Notes: a model not told the origin generated them from the sequence alone. A DNA stretch of 64,000 bases from Candidatus Nomurabacteria bacterium (GCA_020631905.1 JACKGQ010000002.1:789-64788), one strand, 5' to 3'. Positions 1 through 9,017 are shown, counted from the first letter of the stretch. Numbers and translations are program-made.

Positions 1-1
1 A

Positions 2-172
2 GCCGAAAATTTATCGATGCCTAAAGCCATACACGCTGCTTTAAACAAGTTTCATAACAGCACGATTTTTCATTCTGCCGAAGATTTTATCGAGAAAATT
101 CAGCAGGTAGACTTACTTGAACAAGCCGAACTAGAAGCCCCCGACGAAGAAGTTCGCAGTCTACAGTGGTAG
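2..172 (+). CDS. 3' end of an unidentified gene (5' part outside window)
   Basis: Frame 2 is open from the window edge to TAG 170-172 (AENLSMPKAIHAALNKFHNSTIFHSAEDFIEKIQQVDLLEQAELEAPDEEVRSLQW*). No domain recognised. Not in the ORF track because it has no in-window start. Confidence 0.35.
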   Translation, partial: AENLSMPKAIHAALNKFHNSTIFHSAEDFIEKIQQVDLLEQAELEAPDEEVRSLQW

Positions 173-454
173 CAACTTAGTTTGCTCGGGCAACTGATCT
201 AAACCAGCCAAGTGCTGGTCTAGTTGTGCTTGGCTGACATCTAGTTGTAGTAATTTGTTTGAGCTAGTATGACCTTTGGCTATAACCACCTGGCGCTTGG
301 CTAGTCCAAACTCCTTAGCTAATACTTCGACAAGTTGTCGATTGGCTTTGCCATCTTGCGGTGATGCAGTCAACCGAACGGCCAGCTTTTCGCCGTTCCA
401 TGCCAAAGTTACCTGTTTGCTATTTGGTTTAACTTTAACGGCTAATTGCTGCAT
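161..454 (-). CDS. DUF167 (YggU-like) family protein
   Basis: 97-aa ORF. VKVKPNSK...LTASPQDGKANRQLVEVLAKEFG...VIAKGHTSSNK fits the DUF167 pattern (P-x-DGKAN ... G-x-x-S-x-x-K). Confidence 0.7.
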   Translation of the reverse strand: MQQLAVKVKPNSKQVTLAWNGEKLAVRLTASPQDGKANRQLVEVLAKEFGLAKRQVVIAKGHTSSNKLLQLDVSQAQLDQHLAGLDQLPEQTKLLPL

Positions 455-456
455 AT

Positions 457-2595
457 CTACACGATGCTTATTTTCTTACCCGAGTAACCGATCTTATATT
501 TCTTGCCTTCGATAACTTTACCGTCAACAATCTGCCGAGCCAACTCGTTGAGTAATTTAGATTGAATTAGTCGTTTGAGTGGGCGAGCCCCAAAAGCTGG
601 GTCGTAGCCTTCTTCGGCCAACATCTGCTTAAGCGAATCTTCGAACTCTAAACTAATATCTTTAGTTTGCTTAACATGCTCGGCCACCCGGGCTAGCTCT
701 TTGTCGACAATCGCTTGCATGGCGCCGGGTTCGATCCGCTCAAAGACTACAATATCGTCGATTCGGTTTAAGAACTCTGGCCTAAAGTGCTGGCGCAATA
801 GCCCTCGCACAGACTCGTCTAGTTGCTCGGCGCTGGCTTCGTCCCACTGAAGAATCTGCTCGCTACCTATATTGCTAGTCATAATCACGATGGTGTTAGT
901 AAAGTTAACCACCCTGCCCTTGCCATCTGTTAGCCGGCCATCGTCGAGTACTTGCAGCAACACATTAAACACTTCGGGGTGAGCCTTTTCAATCTCGTCG
1001 AACAGGATAATTGAATACGGGCGGCGGCGCACGGCCTCGGTAAGCTGGCCACCCTGCTCGTAGCCTACATAACCTGGTGGCGAGCCAATCAACCGCGAAA
1101 CCGCATGTTGTTCCATGTACTCGCTCATGTCGATCCGCACAATCGCTTGCTCGTCGTCGAACAGTTGCTCGGCCAGAGCTTTGGCAAGTTCGGTCTTACC
1201 GACGCCAGTTGGGCCAAGGAACAAGAAACTACCAATTGGCCGGTTAGCATCGGCAATGCCAGCCCGTGAGCGGCGAATCGCATTGGCAACTGAGTCGACG
1301 GCTTGGTTCTGGCCAACTACTCGGCGATGTAGATATTCTTCGAGGTGGGTAAGTTTGCTGGTTTCGCTCTCTAGCAACTTTTCGGTTGGCACACCTGTCC
1401 AGCGCGAAACTACCGCGGCGATATCTTGAGCAGTAACTTCTTCTTGTAGTAAACGTTCGGTTTCGGGAATTTTTGCCAGTTCGGCCGAAGCCTCAGCTAG
1501 TTGCTTTTCGGTTTCGGGTATCTCGCCATACTTAACTCGAGCAGCCTCGTTTAGCTCGCCGTCGCGCTCATAGCGATCGAGCTGGCCCCGCAAACCCTCG
1601 AGCTTCTCGCTCGACTTGTTAAGTCTGTCGATAATATCTTTCTCGGTTTGCCAGCGCTTTTCTAGCTGGCTAGATTCGGCTTTGATCTTCTCGACTTCGG
1701 CTTCGATCTCGGCTTTGCGAGCCTTGGCTTGGTCGGATTTATCTTTTTTGAGCGCGGAAAGTTCGATTTCGAGCTGCATTTTGCGCCGAGTTAGCCGATC
1801 GAGCTCGATTGGCATGCTATCGAGCTGCATCTTTAAGCCGCTGGTGGCTTCGTCGAGCAAGTCGACGGCTTTATCTGGCAAAAACCGATCGGAAATATAA
1901 CGATCGCTTAGTCGCGCCGCGGCGACAATCGCCTGGTCGGTAATCTTAACCCCATGATGAACTTCGTATTTCTCTTGAATGCCACGTAAAATAGCGATTG
2001 TATCTTCTAGGCTAGGTTCGCCAACATAAACTGGTTGGAAGCGACGTTCTAGAGCGGCATCTTTCTCGATATTCTGGCGATACTCGTTGATTGTGGTGGC
2101 GCCAATCATATGTAGCTTGCCACGAGCTAACAGTGGTTTGAGCATATTGCCGGCATCGACCGAACCCTCGGCTTTGCCGGCACCAACGATGGTATGAAGT
2201 TCGTCGACAAATAAGATTATCTCGCCACCCGAATCTTCGACCTCTTTTAGAATGTCTTTTAGGCGCTGTTCGAACTGGCCCCGAAAACTAGCGCCAGCTA
2301 GCAAGTTGCCAATCTCGATACTTACTACCCGTTTATTTTTAAGACTACTTGGCACATCACCGCGCACAATCCGCTGGGCTAAGCCCTCGACAATGGCGGT
2401 TTTACCAACACCTGGCTCGCCGATTAACACCGGGTTGTTCTTGGTTCGGCGGCTAAGCACCTGCATACAGCGGCGAATTTCTTCGTCGCGACCAATTACT
2501 GGGTCGAGCTTGCCGGCTTCGGCCAGCTCGGTATAGTCCTGCCCAAACTGATCGAGTGGGTTCTGGGGTTCTTGGTTCTGTGCTTGCGGATCCAT
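457..2595 (-). CDS. clpB: ClpB-type AAA+ disaggregase lacking the N-terminal domain
   Basis: Two AAA+ modules (Walker A GEPGVGKT and GPTGVGKT; Walker B ILFVDELH and [11 protein letters not shown]) and a long coiled-coil middle domain. Colinear with E. coli ClpB from about its residue 150. The ATG at 2595 is preceded by AGGAG. The ORF-track start at 2640 falls inside the CIRCE site. Confidence 0.95.
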   Translation of the reverse strand: MDPQAQNQEPQNPLDQFGQDYTELAEAGKLDPVIGRDEEIRRCMQVLSRRTKNNPVLIGEPGVGKTAIVEGLAQRIVRGDVPSSLKNKRVVSIEIGNLLAGASFRGQFEQRLKDILKEVEDSGGEIILFVDELHTIVGAGKAEGSVDAGNMLKPLLARGKLHMIGATTINEYRQNIEKDAALERRFQPVYVGEPSLEDTIAILRGIQEKYEVHHGVKITDQAIVAAARLSDRYISDRFLPDKAVDLLDEATSGLKMQLDSMPIELDRLTRRKMQLEIELSALKKDKSDQAKARKAEIEAEVEKIKAESSQLEKRWQTEKDIIDRLNKSSEKLEGLRGQLDRYERDGELNEAARVKYGEIPETEKQLAEASAELAKIPETERLLQEEVTAQDIAAVVSRWTGVPTEKLLESETSKLTHLEEYLHRRVVGQNQAVDSVANAIRRSRAGIADANRPIGSFLFLGPTGVGKTELAKALAEQLFDDEQAIVRIDMSEYMEQHAVSRLIGSPPGYVGYEQGGQLTEAVRRRPYSIILFDEIEKAHPEVFNVLLQVLDDGRLTDGKGRVVNFTNTIVIMTSNIGSEQILQWDEASAEQLDESVRGLLRQHFRPEFLNRIDDIVVFERIEPGAMQAIVDKELARVAEHVKQTKDISLEFEDSLKQMLAEEGYDPAFGARPLKRLIQSKLLNELARQIVDGKVIEGKKYKIGYSGKKISIV

Positions 2596-2633
2596 AGCTA
2601 TTAGACTCCTTTTACTACAACCATTATCGCAAA

Positions 2634-2660
2634 TTAGCACTCGAGCGTCAAGAGTGCCAG
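2634..2660. promoter_or_regulatory. CIRCE-like (HrcA operator) inverted repeat upstream of clpB
   Basis: TTAGCACTC-N9-GAGTGCCAG matches 16/18 of the consensus TTAGCACTC-N9-GAGTGCTAA. It lies about 35 nt upstream of the clpB ATG. Confidence 0.65.
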
Positions 2661-2872
2661 TTTATTTGTTTTTGGATATGTATTTTCACTAGTAGATACA
2701 AGTTCTGGGGCAAATTTGTGTAATTTCCTTACATAAATCTGCATCCAGGTTTTGTAGGCACAGTGTAAATGTATAGCCAGAAGCAAAAAACTGGGATTCT
2801 TGACGCTAAAGTCAAGAGTGCTAATTTTGAAATTCCGTGTCTTGGTTACTATTTTAGTGGTAGAATTAAGTA

Positions 2873-3679
2873 ATGGTTAGTCTCTGGACAGTAATATTTT
2901 TCTCGTTGGTTGGTGGCGTATTGTCGCTATCTGGTGGGTTTTTACTTATTTCAAATAAAAAAACGGCTGGAAAGTTTTCGAATTATGCTACACCTTTTGC
3001 TGCTGGAGCACTGCTGTCAGCTGCTTTCGTCGATCTCCTACCTGAAGCATCTCATGTCGGAGATGCCGAAAAAGCCCTAACCTATACCCTAATCGGGATT
3101 ATCGGATTTTTTATCCTCGAGCGCTTTCTACACTGGTTCCACCACCATCATGTTCACGACGAAAACGGCCCAAAAGATCCGACCGTATCACTTTTGGTAA
3201 TTGGCGATACTCTGCATAATTTTATAGATGGAATTGCGATTGGTTCGGCATTTTTACTGAACTCTCAGACGGGTATAGTGGTTACTCTGGCTGTAGCTGC
3301 TCACGAGATCCCACAGGAAATTGGCGATTTTGGCCTAATGCTCGATAAAGGCATGTCCAGACTAAAAGTAATTTACGTAAATATCTTTAGCGCCCTCGCG
3401 ACCACAGTGGCCGCGATAATCTTCTTTAAGTTAGGCGATTCCCATGGACTCTCACTCGATGGTATTTTAGGCCTAATCGCGGGCATGTTTATCTACATAG
3501 CTGTTAGTGACATAATCCCGACTATTCACGAAAACGAAGCCAAGAAAATTGCCGGACCTCAAACAATTATGTTGCTAGTTGGAGTTATTGGTGTCAGCCT
3601 ACTCACGAACTTTATGCATCAATATATCGATACAGATTCTCATGAGCCAAATAGCAGCTCAACTGTAATAAATCAGTAA
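2873..3679 (+). CDS. ZIP family divalent metal transporter
   Basis: Multi-pass membrane protein with a His-rich loop (HWFHHHHVHDE) and the ZIP signature region AAHEIPQEIGDFGLML. Confidence 0.88.
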   Translation: MVSLWTVIFFSLVGGVLSLSGGFLLISNKKTAGKFSNYATPFAAGALLSAAFVDLLPEASHVGDAEKALTYTLIGIIGFFILERFLHWFHHHHVHDENGPKDPTVSLLVIGDTLHNFIDGIAIGSAFLLNSQTGIVVTLAVAAHEIPQEIGDFGLMLDKGMSRLKVIYVNIFSALATTVAAIIFFKLGDSHGLSLDGILGLIAGMFIYIAVSDIIPTIHENEAKKIAGPQTIMLLVGVIGVSLLTNFMHQYIDTDSHEPNSSSTVINQ

Positions 3680-3727
3680 TTTTAAACTGCCAACAGCCGT
3701 ATACGTTAAATCGTCAAGCAACGCATA

Positions 3728-3997
3728 TTAGACTTTTGTAAGACCTCTAGGCCAAACAACTTTAGCAATAACCTGAGATTCGTAAACATCTTCGTCTTGG
3801 CTATGGTTGCGATTATCACCTTTCAGGCAAACTTTAGAAACCGAAAAGCTCGATACACGTTTAATAACCTCTATTTGACGAACTCGGGCAATAACCACAT
3901 CGCCAATATCCCACTTTTTATGGATCGCTACTACCACTCGTCCTGGAGTTAAGCTGGGTAGCATGCTTTTACCCTGGACCCTGCGGATGTAAATCAT
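3728..3997 (-). CDS. sodX: S26-family peptidase, NiSOD maturation protease (SodX-like)
   Basis: Ser/Lys peptidase core (GKSMLPSL, VIKRV, GDNRNHSQD). The ATG at 3997 lies one nt after the sodN stop (TAAgATG). A small S26 peptidase directly downstream of sodN is the known maturation arrangement. Confidence 0.72.
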   Translation of the reverse strand: MIYIRRVQGKSMLPSLTPGRVVVAIHKKWDIGDVVIARVRQIEVIKRVSSFSVSKVCLKGDNRNHSQDEDVYESQVIAKVVWPRGLTKV

Positions 3998-3998
3998 C

Positions 3999-4391
3999 TT
4001 AATGTTGAGTTTTTGTCTGAGCGAATACCGAAGCGACTTCTGCAACTAGTTTAATTAACTCGTCGCACACTTCTAGGCTAACTGTCTGCTTAACCTTGCC
4101 ACATTGCTTCGTAGCCCGCCAAAATAGGTCGTGAAGATTTGGGAAGTCGGCAAGATGCTCTGGTTTAAAATAATCACTCCAGAGCAAATACAGCTGGTCT
4201 TTGCACTTCTGGGCATGTTCTTCTTTGACCACTACAGCCCTGACAAACTGGTTACGATGTTCTAGGTCGGTATCTTCGCCAAGCTCCTCGATCTTTTCAA
4301 CCATCCGGCGGCAAGTGTCGGCCGCATGACGCATTGTATCTGTTTCGTAGATTCCACATGGCACATCACAGTGCGCGTATACTTTTTTCAT
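3999..4391 (-). CDS. sodN: Nickel-containing superoxide dismutase precursor
   Basis: A 6-aa propeptide (MKKVYA) is followed by HCDVPCGIY, the Ni-hook motif H-C-x-x-P-C-G-x-Y. The LWSDYFKP block is shared with Streptomyces SodN. Confidence 0.92.
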   Translation of the reverse strand: MKKVYAHCDVPCGIYETDTMRHAADTCRRMVEKIEELGEDTDLEHRNQFVRAVVVKEEHAQKCKDQLYLLWSDYFKPEHLADFPNLHDLFWRATKQCGKVKQTVSLEVCDELIKLVAEVASVFAQTKTQH

Positions 4392-4421
4392 ATTGTCCCT
4401 CCAGTCTTCAACTACAGGATA

Positions 4422-4886
4422 TTATACATCTAAACATTGATCGAGCATATCGCGGAGTACTGGCATTTCTATTTCGGCAGCCTGTAATGCCCTGCGAGCA
4501 CGCAATAAATCCTCTTGAGTAAAAATCTTTAAGCCTAGAGTCTGGTTATCAATAAGCCTCATTGCAGTATCGGAGAACTCGTGACTCAGAGCTATTGCAG
4601 TAGTCATGCCAGCGATTACACCCAGATAATCTACAACAGTTCTTTGAGATGGCAAGCCTTGCTCGACAAATTTATCATTAAGAAAATTAAATATATCGCG
4701 AAAAACATAAACCTTATGGCCAAGTTGCCCAGGAAAACCATAGTTAAATGGCATACCACCGAAAACCGGATTGCTATCTGGCACTACCTCGATGTAATCA
4801 TAGTAGCGAGGGCACAGTCCGCTTCTAGCTAACACCTCTTGGTCGACAGGGTATCCAGGAAATATTTCGATTTCACTCATCGGCAT
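4422..4886 (-). CDS. hypothetical protein (occupies the slot after trmD)
   Basis: 154-aa ORF overlapping the trmD stop by 14 nt (co-transcription likely). No motif recognised. Confidence 0.55.
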   Translation of the reverse strand: MPMSEIEIFPGYPVDQEVLARSGLCPRYYDYIEVVPDSNPVFGGMPFNYGFPGQLGHKVYVFRDIFNFLNDKFVEQGLPSQRTVVDYLGVIAGMTTAIALSHEFSDTAMRLIDNQTLGLKIFTQEDLLRARRALQAAEIEMPVLRDMLDQCLDV

Positions 4887-5526
4887 TTATTTGGTTGTCT
4901 CTTCGCCATTGGTCAATTAGGGCATGGTTACCACTGAGCAAAACATCTGGTACCTTAACACCTCTAAATTCTTCTGGGCGAGTGTATTGAGGGTGTTCCC
5001 TGGTTTTGTCGTCGCTATAACTCTCGACTTCGATACTTTGATCACCACCTAATACACCAGGGATTAGGCGTACTAGAGCGTCGATTACCACAAGAGTTGG
5101 TAGCTCACCACCAGTCAACACATAATTGCCTATGCTGAGTTGCTCGTCTACCCATGCAGTAATTCGTTCGTCGTATCCTTCGTAGCGAGCACACACAAAA
5201 ATCAGGTCTTTGCCTTCGTCGGCTAGCCCAGTGGCATCGGACTGCCTAAAGGTTTCGCCACGGGGGGTCATTAAGATGACTTTACTATTTGGTAAATCTA
5301 GCTTGGCTGTTTCAATCGCCGCAACGATTGGCTCTGGCTTAAGTAGCATACCATCTCCACCACCGTAAGGTGTGTCGTCGACAGTCTGGCGTGGCCCAAG
5401 GCCATAATCTCTTAGGTTTGTTAAGATAAATTCAACTTTGCCGGCTTCAACCGCCTTTCGCATCATGCCAACTTGCAGATACTCTTTAAAAACTTCTGGA
5501 AACAGACTGATTATTTGAATTTTCAC
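4873..5526 (-). CDS. trmD: tRNA (guanine37-N1)-methyltransferase
   Basis: Full-length match to the TrmD pattern (ISLFPEVF..., DDTPYGGGDGMLLKPEP, RYEGYDERI, SIGNYVLTGGELP). GTG start with an AAGGCGGAG Shine-Dalgarno. Confidence 0.95.
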   Translation of the reverse strand: MKIQIISLFPEVFKEYLQVGMMRKAVEAGKVEFILTNLRDYGLGPRQTVDDTPYGGGDGMLLKPEPIVAAIETAKLDLPNSKVILMTPRGETFRQSDATGLADEGKDLIFVCARYEGYDERITAWVDEQLSIGNYVLTGGELPTLVVIDALVRLIPGVLGGDQSIEVESYSDDKTREHPQYTRPEEFRGVKVPDVLLSGNHALIDQWRRDNQINADE

Positions 5527-5665
5527 TTCGGCTCCGCCTTATGGGAAAAACCCAGGTTTTTCCCATCGCGCAGGAGCGTCGAATAAATCGCCGCTGCTGG
5601 CTGCTCTTTTCCTTTTATTTGAATTTTCATTAAGTTTATTATATCACAATTTTTAGGTCTAAAAC

Positions 5666-5697
5666 ACAAACAACCGCCAACAAAAGGCGGTTGTTTG
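5666..5697 (-). terminator. rho-independent terminator after the KH-protein gene
   Basis: Minus strand reads CAAACAACCGCC-TTTTGTT-GGCGGTTGTTTG followed by TGTTTT. Confidence 0.65.
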
Positions 5698-5811
5698 ATC
5701 ACATAAAGCTCCCGAATACCTAGTGGTATATCGGCTCGCATGAGCTCTTAAATATCATGATCGAGTTGTTTTATTCTACAGTCTCGATCACAAAAACACA
5801 AGCAAGAATCT

Positions 5812-6249
5812 TTAAATATCGAGATCGTCGAGATCGGCTAGTTCTTTGCGAGCCTTATCGGCAACGCTTTCGGTGGCCTCTTCTGGTTCAACCACATCGT
5901 CCGAAGTAGACGCATCAGCTGCATCATCCGCTGGCTTCGCGCTAGACGAGCTATCGTCTGAACCCCATGCGCCTTGGCTGCGACCAGAACTCATTTTTGG
6001 CTCACCGTTATCGGCGATTTTAAGATTATAACGGGCATCGTTCTTTGTGCCTAAAGCGCGAAGAAGTGTGCGGATACTCTGAGCGGTTGCTCCACGTTTA
6101 CCAATAACACGTCCGAGATCTTCTTGATCGACTTCGAGCGTTAAGAGGACTCCTTTTTCATCTATTTTGCGGTCTACCTTTACCTTGTCTGGCTGGCTGA
6201 CGATCGACTTTACTACATATTCAACAAAATCTTGGTCAATATTCGACAT
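5812..6249 (-). CDS. KH-domain RNA-binding protein (YlqC/UPF0109-like) with acidic C-terminal tail
   Basis: KH core LGRVIGKRGATAQSIRTLL. Conserved position between rpsP and trmD. The C-terminal ~60 aa are S/D/E-rich. Confidence 0.85.
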   Translation of the reverse strand: MSNIDQDFVEYVVKSIVSQPDKVKVDRKIDEKGVLLTLEVDQEDLGRVIGKRGATAQSIRTLLRALGTKNDARYNLKIADNGEPKMSSGRSQGAWGSDDSSSSAKPADDAADASTSDDVVEPEEATESVADKARKELADLDDLDI

Positions 6250-6408
6250 ACTGCACCTCTCCTACTATTAATGTAACTACATTATACCACTCGCTCAATA
6301 CATTTCGAACTGCCTGATCTTAAGGGGTGAGAGGAAAGATGTTAAGGTTTGAGTAATAACCATTTTTTCTGTTTTCGTTAGCACAAAATTATTAATCGCA
6401 TATTTTTG

Positions 6409-6441
6409 AAATTTAATTTAAATTTAATTTAAATTAAATTT
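6409..6441. repeat. 33-bp all-A/T repeat, 3 x 11-bp units (copy 1 of 3)
   Basis: AAATTTAATTT AAATTTAATTT AAATTAAATTT followed by CCAC. Unit B is the reverse complement of unit A. Near-identical copies at 29937-29969 and 40984-41016. Confidence 0.9.
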
Positions 6442-6480
6442 CCACTTCGTACTTAAACTGTTATTTAAGTAAAATTTACA

Positions 6481-6508
6481 AAAAAAGAGCCAAATTGACT
6501 CTTTTTTT
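6481..6508 (-). terminator. rho-independent terminator after rpsP
   Basis: Minus strand reads AAAAAAAGAGTCA-ATT-TGGCTCTTTTTT (7-bp stem with one G-U pair, then a T-run). Confidence 0.6.
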
Positions 6509-6528
6509 GTAAACTATTCGGTATATTC

Positions 6529-6978
6529 CTAAGCTTCGGCTGGTTTTTCGGCTTCGGCAGTTGTGTCGACAACAGGTTCTTCGGCCGCTGGAGTTTCTTC
6601 GGTTTCGGCAGGTGTATCGACAGCTTCGCTTGCCTCGGCAGCTGGCTCTTCGGCAACTTCTTCGACTGGACGGTTTTTGCGAAGTTTTTCGGCATTTTTG
6701 ATATTCGCGGCTTTGCTATTGTCTAGATTTACCCAGTCTGGCAACTTAACACCATTATCGCTCAAAAACTTGGCGACTCGGTTAGATGGTTGAGCGCCAT
6801 GCTCAAGATAAAATTTAGCCTTTTCGATGTCGACACCGTTTTCTTTAGTGTGCGGATCGTAGTGGCCTAAACTAGCGACATTTTTGCCACTTGTAGGTGT
6901 CTGACGCGAGTCCTGGACAACCATTCTGTACTGAGCGAGTCCGCGGCGACCGGTGCGTTGCATGCGAATTACTAGCAT
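6529..6978 (-). CDS. rpsP: 30S ribosomal protein S16 with A/E/P-rich C-terminal extension
   Basis: MLVIRMQRTGRRGLAQYRMVV...LGHYDP...GAQPSNRV is the S16 core. The C-terminal ~55 aa are low complexity. Confidence 0.95.
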   Translation of the reverse strand: MLVIRMQRTGRRGLAQYRMVVQDSRQTPTSGKNVASLGHYDPHTKENGVDIEKAKFYLEHGAQPSNRVAKFLSDNGVKLPDWVNLDNSKAANIKNAEKLRKNRPVEEVAEEPAAEASEAVDTPAETEETPAAEEPVVDTTAEAEKPAEA

Positions 6979-7019
6979 TAAATTCCTTTATTATTACTTT
7001 TCCACAAATTAACCCGTAG

Positions 7020-7048
7020 ATTTTAACTGAGTCGAACCCTTTTGTCAA
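7020..7048 (-). promoter_or_regulatory. sigma70-type promoter for rpsP
   Basis: Minus strand reads TTGACA-17 nt-TAAAAT, about 40 nt upstream of the rpsP start. Confidence 0.5.
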
Positions 7049-7063
7049 CAGAGGTAGAGTTTT

Positions 7064-7750
7064 TTAGTTTTTTAGAGCTTTTTCGGCGGCTTCCTGCTGG
7101 GCTATCTGCTTAGATGGGCCTTTGCCCTCACCACGTAGCTTATCGCCCACATATACACCAACCGTAAAGACTTTTTCGTGATCGGGGCCTTCTTCTTCTA
7201 ATACCTTGTAAACTGGAGTCATACCTTCGTCGCTCTGAACTTTCTCTTGCAAGCGGGTCTTGGCATCTAGCCACGAACCAGTTTCGAGAATTTCCTGGAG
7301 TGTGCTTAATATGTTGGTTTCGATAAACAATGCAGCTGTCTGATAGCCTTTGTCTAAATAAATCGAGCCAATCACTGCTTCGAAGGTGTTGGCCATAATC
7401 TGGTCTCGGGCTCGATCTGAACCCCGTTTTTCACCGCGTGATAGTCGTAGGTATGGGTCGAATCCAAGTCGGTGAGCGGCTGCACTGATACTCTCGGTGC
7501 GCACTAAAGCTGCTCGCCAGTTGGTTAGGATACCTTCTGGCTCGTCATAATGCGCATACAGGTACTCGGTGACTACCAGTTCGAGCACAGCATCACCTAA
7601 AAACTCGAGTCTTTCATTGTGTTCTTTAGCACTTTTTTTATGCTCGTTCAGATAGGATCGATGCGTAAAAGCAGTGATAAAGATTTCTGGGTCGGTAAAT
7701 TTACTGCCAGTTATTTTAATGGCTAGTTCATCATAGTCGACTGGTTGCAT
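7064..7750 (-). CDS. rnc: ribonuclease III
   Basis: RNase III signature ERLEFLGDAVLELVVTEYL plus a C-terminal dsRBD (GPDHEKVFTVGVYV...SKQIAQQEAAEKAL). Confidence 0.95.
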   Translation of the reverse strand: MQPVDYDELAIKITGSKFTDPEIFITAFTHRSYLNEHKKSAKEHNERLEFLGDAVLELVVTEYLYAHYDEPEGILTNWRAALVRTESISAAAHRLGFDPYLRLSRGEKRGSDRARDQIMANTFEAVIGSIYLDKGYQTAALFIETNILSTLQEILETGSWLDAKTRLQEKVQSDEGMTPVYKVLEEEGPDHEKVFTVGVYVGDKLRGEGKGPSKQIAQQEAAEKALKN

Positions 7751-8277
7751 TAATTTTTCTCCTTAACATGATGGTTTTCTTTTATCTTCTTAATCGCAAT
7801 TAGCATCAACTTTTGGATATCATCGTATTCGATGTTATCGAGGGCATCTTTGGCCTTAAACCAACGGACACCCATCATCCAGTCTTCGCCTTTTATCTTG
7901 TCGGTGTTGCCACTGGCCTTAACCAAATATACTTTCATTCTGATTAAAACCAAGCTGTTTTCTCGCCGATACCTAAAGTTATTTATACCCAAGTAATCTT
8001 GAGTTTCTAGATCGTTAATATCTAGGCCTGTCTCTTCGTGAACTTCGCGACGGGCAGTTTCTTTGGGGCGCTCGCCTTCTTCCAGGCTGCCCTTGGGTAT
8101 CGACCACCTGCCACGAGCATCCTGAAACAACAGAAACTCGATATCACCAGATTTACTGATTCGGTAAACTATTCCGCCAGAGCGCGATTCTTTTAAGACA
8201 TCCTGGATTGCCGGACGATGACGTTTTACAAATTTCTTAAACTCTTTAAATGGTTTCGGTCTTTTGACCATCAGCAA
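7750..8277 (-). CDS. Nudix hydrolase
   Basis: Nudix box [23 protein letters not shown] (G-x5-E-x7-REUxEExGU). Confidence 0.85.
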   Translation of the reverse strand: MLMVKRPKPFKEFKKFVKRHRPAIQDVLKESRSGGIVYRISKSGDIEFLLFQDARGRWSIPKGSLEEGERPKETARREVHEETGLDINDLETQDYLGINNFRYRRENSLVLIRMKVYLVKASGNTDKIKGEDWMMGVRWFKAKDALDNIEYDDIQKLMLIAIKKIKENHHVKEKN

Positions 8278-8746
8278 CTTCTTTCTTCTTAGATTTGGTA
8301 GAAGTTTTTGCTTTTTTAGATTGCTCTAAATTTTTATAGGCAGTTCCGAGTACACCATTGATGAATTTGCTCGAGTTGTCGCCACCAAAACCTTTGGCTA
8401 GCTCGACAGCTTCGTTAATAACCACTTTTGGTGGAACACTAGGGCTATACTTTAGCTCGTATAGGCCAATCTCTAAGACTAGTCTATCGATTCTAGCTAT
8501 CTGATCAATCGGCCAATCTGGAGCAATCGGTTGCAGCTCGGTGTCTAGTTCTTTGGCCTTTTCTAGAACTGCTTTAACTAGGTCTTCTATGAATTGCTTA
8601 TCCTCGATAGTTTCGCTATAGCGCTGAATATTGCGCTGCAAAATCTCGGCGATATCGACATCTGGGTCGGCACATCCCACCCGAAAATCAAACTCATAAA
8701 GAGTTTGGAGTGTGACTATCCGGCCTAAGTGTCGGTTCGATGCCAT
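8246..8746 (-). CDS. nusB: transcription antitermination factor NusB
   Basis: NusB-like helical protein ([13 protein letters not shown]..., [35 protein letters not shown]) with a K-rich tail. Confidence 0.85.
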   Translation of the reverse strand: MASNRHLGRIVTLQTLYEFDFRVGCADPDVDIAEILQRNIQRYSETIEDKQFIEDLVKAVLEKAKELDTELQPIAPDWPIDQIARIDRLVLEIGLYELKYSPSVPPKVVINEAVELAKGFGGDNSSKFINGVLGTAYKNLEQSKKAKTSTKSKKKEVADGQKTETI

Positions 8747-8803
8747 AGAATTACCTTGTTAATACTCTCCTACTGCAGCTCATTTTACCATGAGCTGAAA
8801 TGT

Positions 8804-8953
8804 TTATTTGGCTTTTTTTGAGCCAGTTTCGTTTTTAGTTGTGCGTGCCTTTACTGGTGACTTTGCGTTCACAGCTCGAGCCAACTTTAGTACCAAGTGG
8901 CTACGACGATTACCTGTGCGTCGCTTGGTAGTCTGTTTCTTTGGCTTACCCAA
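8804..8953 (-). CDS. rpmF: 50S ribosomal protein L32 (49 aa, TTG start; absent from ORF track)
   Basis: AAGGAGG-5 nt-TTG. Translation: (M)GKPKKQTTKRRTGNRRSHLVLKLARAVNAKSPVKARTTKNETGSKKAK*. TKRRTGNRRSH matches the L32 N-terminal motif (compare E. coli TRSKRGMRRSH). Confidence 0.7.
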   Translation of the reverse strand: MGKPKKQTTKRRTGNRRSHLVLKLARAVNAKSPVKARTTKNETGSKKAK

Positions 8954-8988
8954 AGTAAACCTCCTTATGTTTAGATTAAATCCGCAGA

Positions 8989-9017
8989 ATTATACATTAA
9001 ACAGAGGTAGATCGCAA
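8989..9017 (-). promoter_or_regulatory. sigma70-type promoter for rpmF
   Basis: Minus strand reads TTGCGA-17 nt-TATAAT, about 30 nt upstream of the rpmF Shine-Dalgarno. Confidence 0.5.

Noticed and set aside
276-2536. ORF-track entries antisense to or nested in clpB and DUF167 (276..515, 1115..1429, 1125..1316, 1616..1900, 2252..2536)
   Set aside because: They lie entirely within a gene confidently identified on the other strand or frame. Their translations are low-complexity (S/A/L/R-rich) and they have no RBS. They are typical shadow ORFs.
2816-2824. Second CIRCE-like half site GAGTGCTAA upstream of the ZIP transporter
   Set aside because: Only the right half matches. The expected left half 9 nt upstream matches 4/9, so this is not a credible HrcA operator.
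5523-5741. 72-aa ORF between trmD and the KH gene
   Set aside because: It spans a terminator hairpin (5666-5697), a promoter-like region and a perfect 11-bp hairpin. The peptide has no features. The region is better explained as an intergenic regulatory region.
7047-9011. Shared 12-mer AACAGAGGTAGA in the rpsP (7047-7058) and rpmF (9000-9011) promoter regions
   Set aside because: It sits at different positions relative to the -35 hexamers. A single exact 12-mer match is roughly what chance allows across all position pairs in a 64-kb window.
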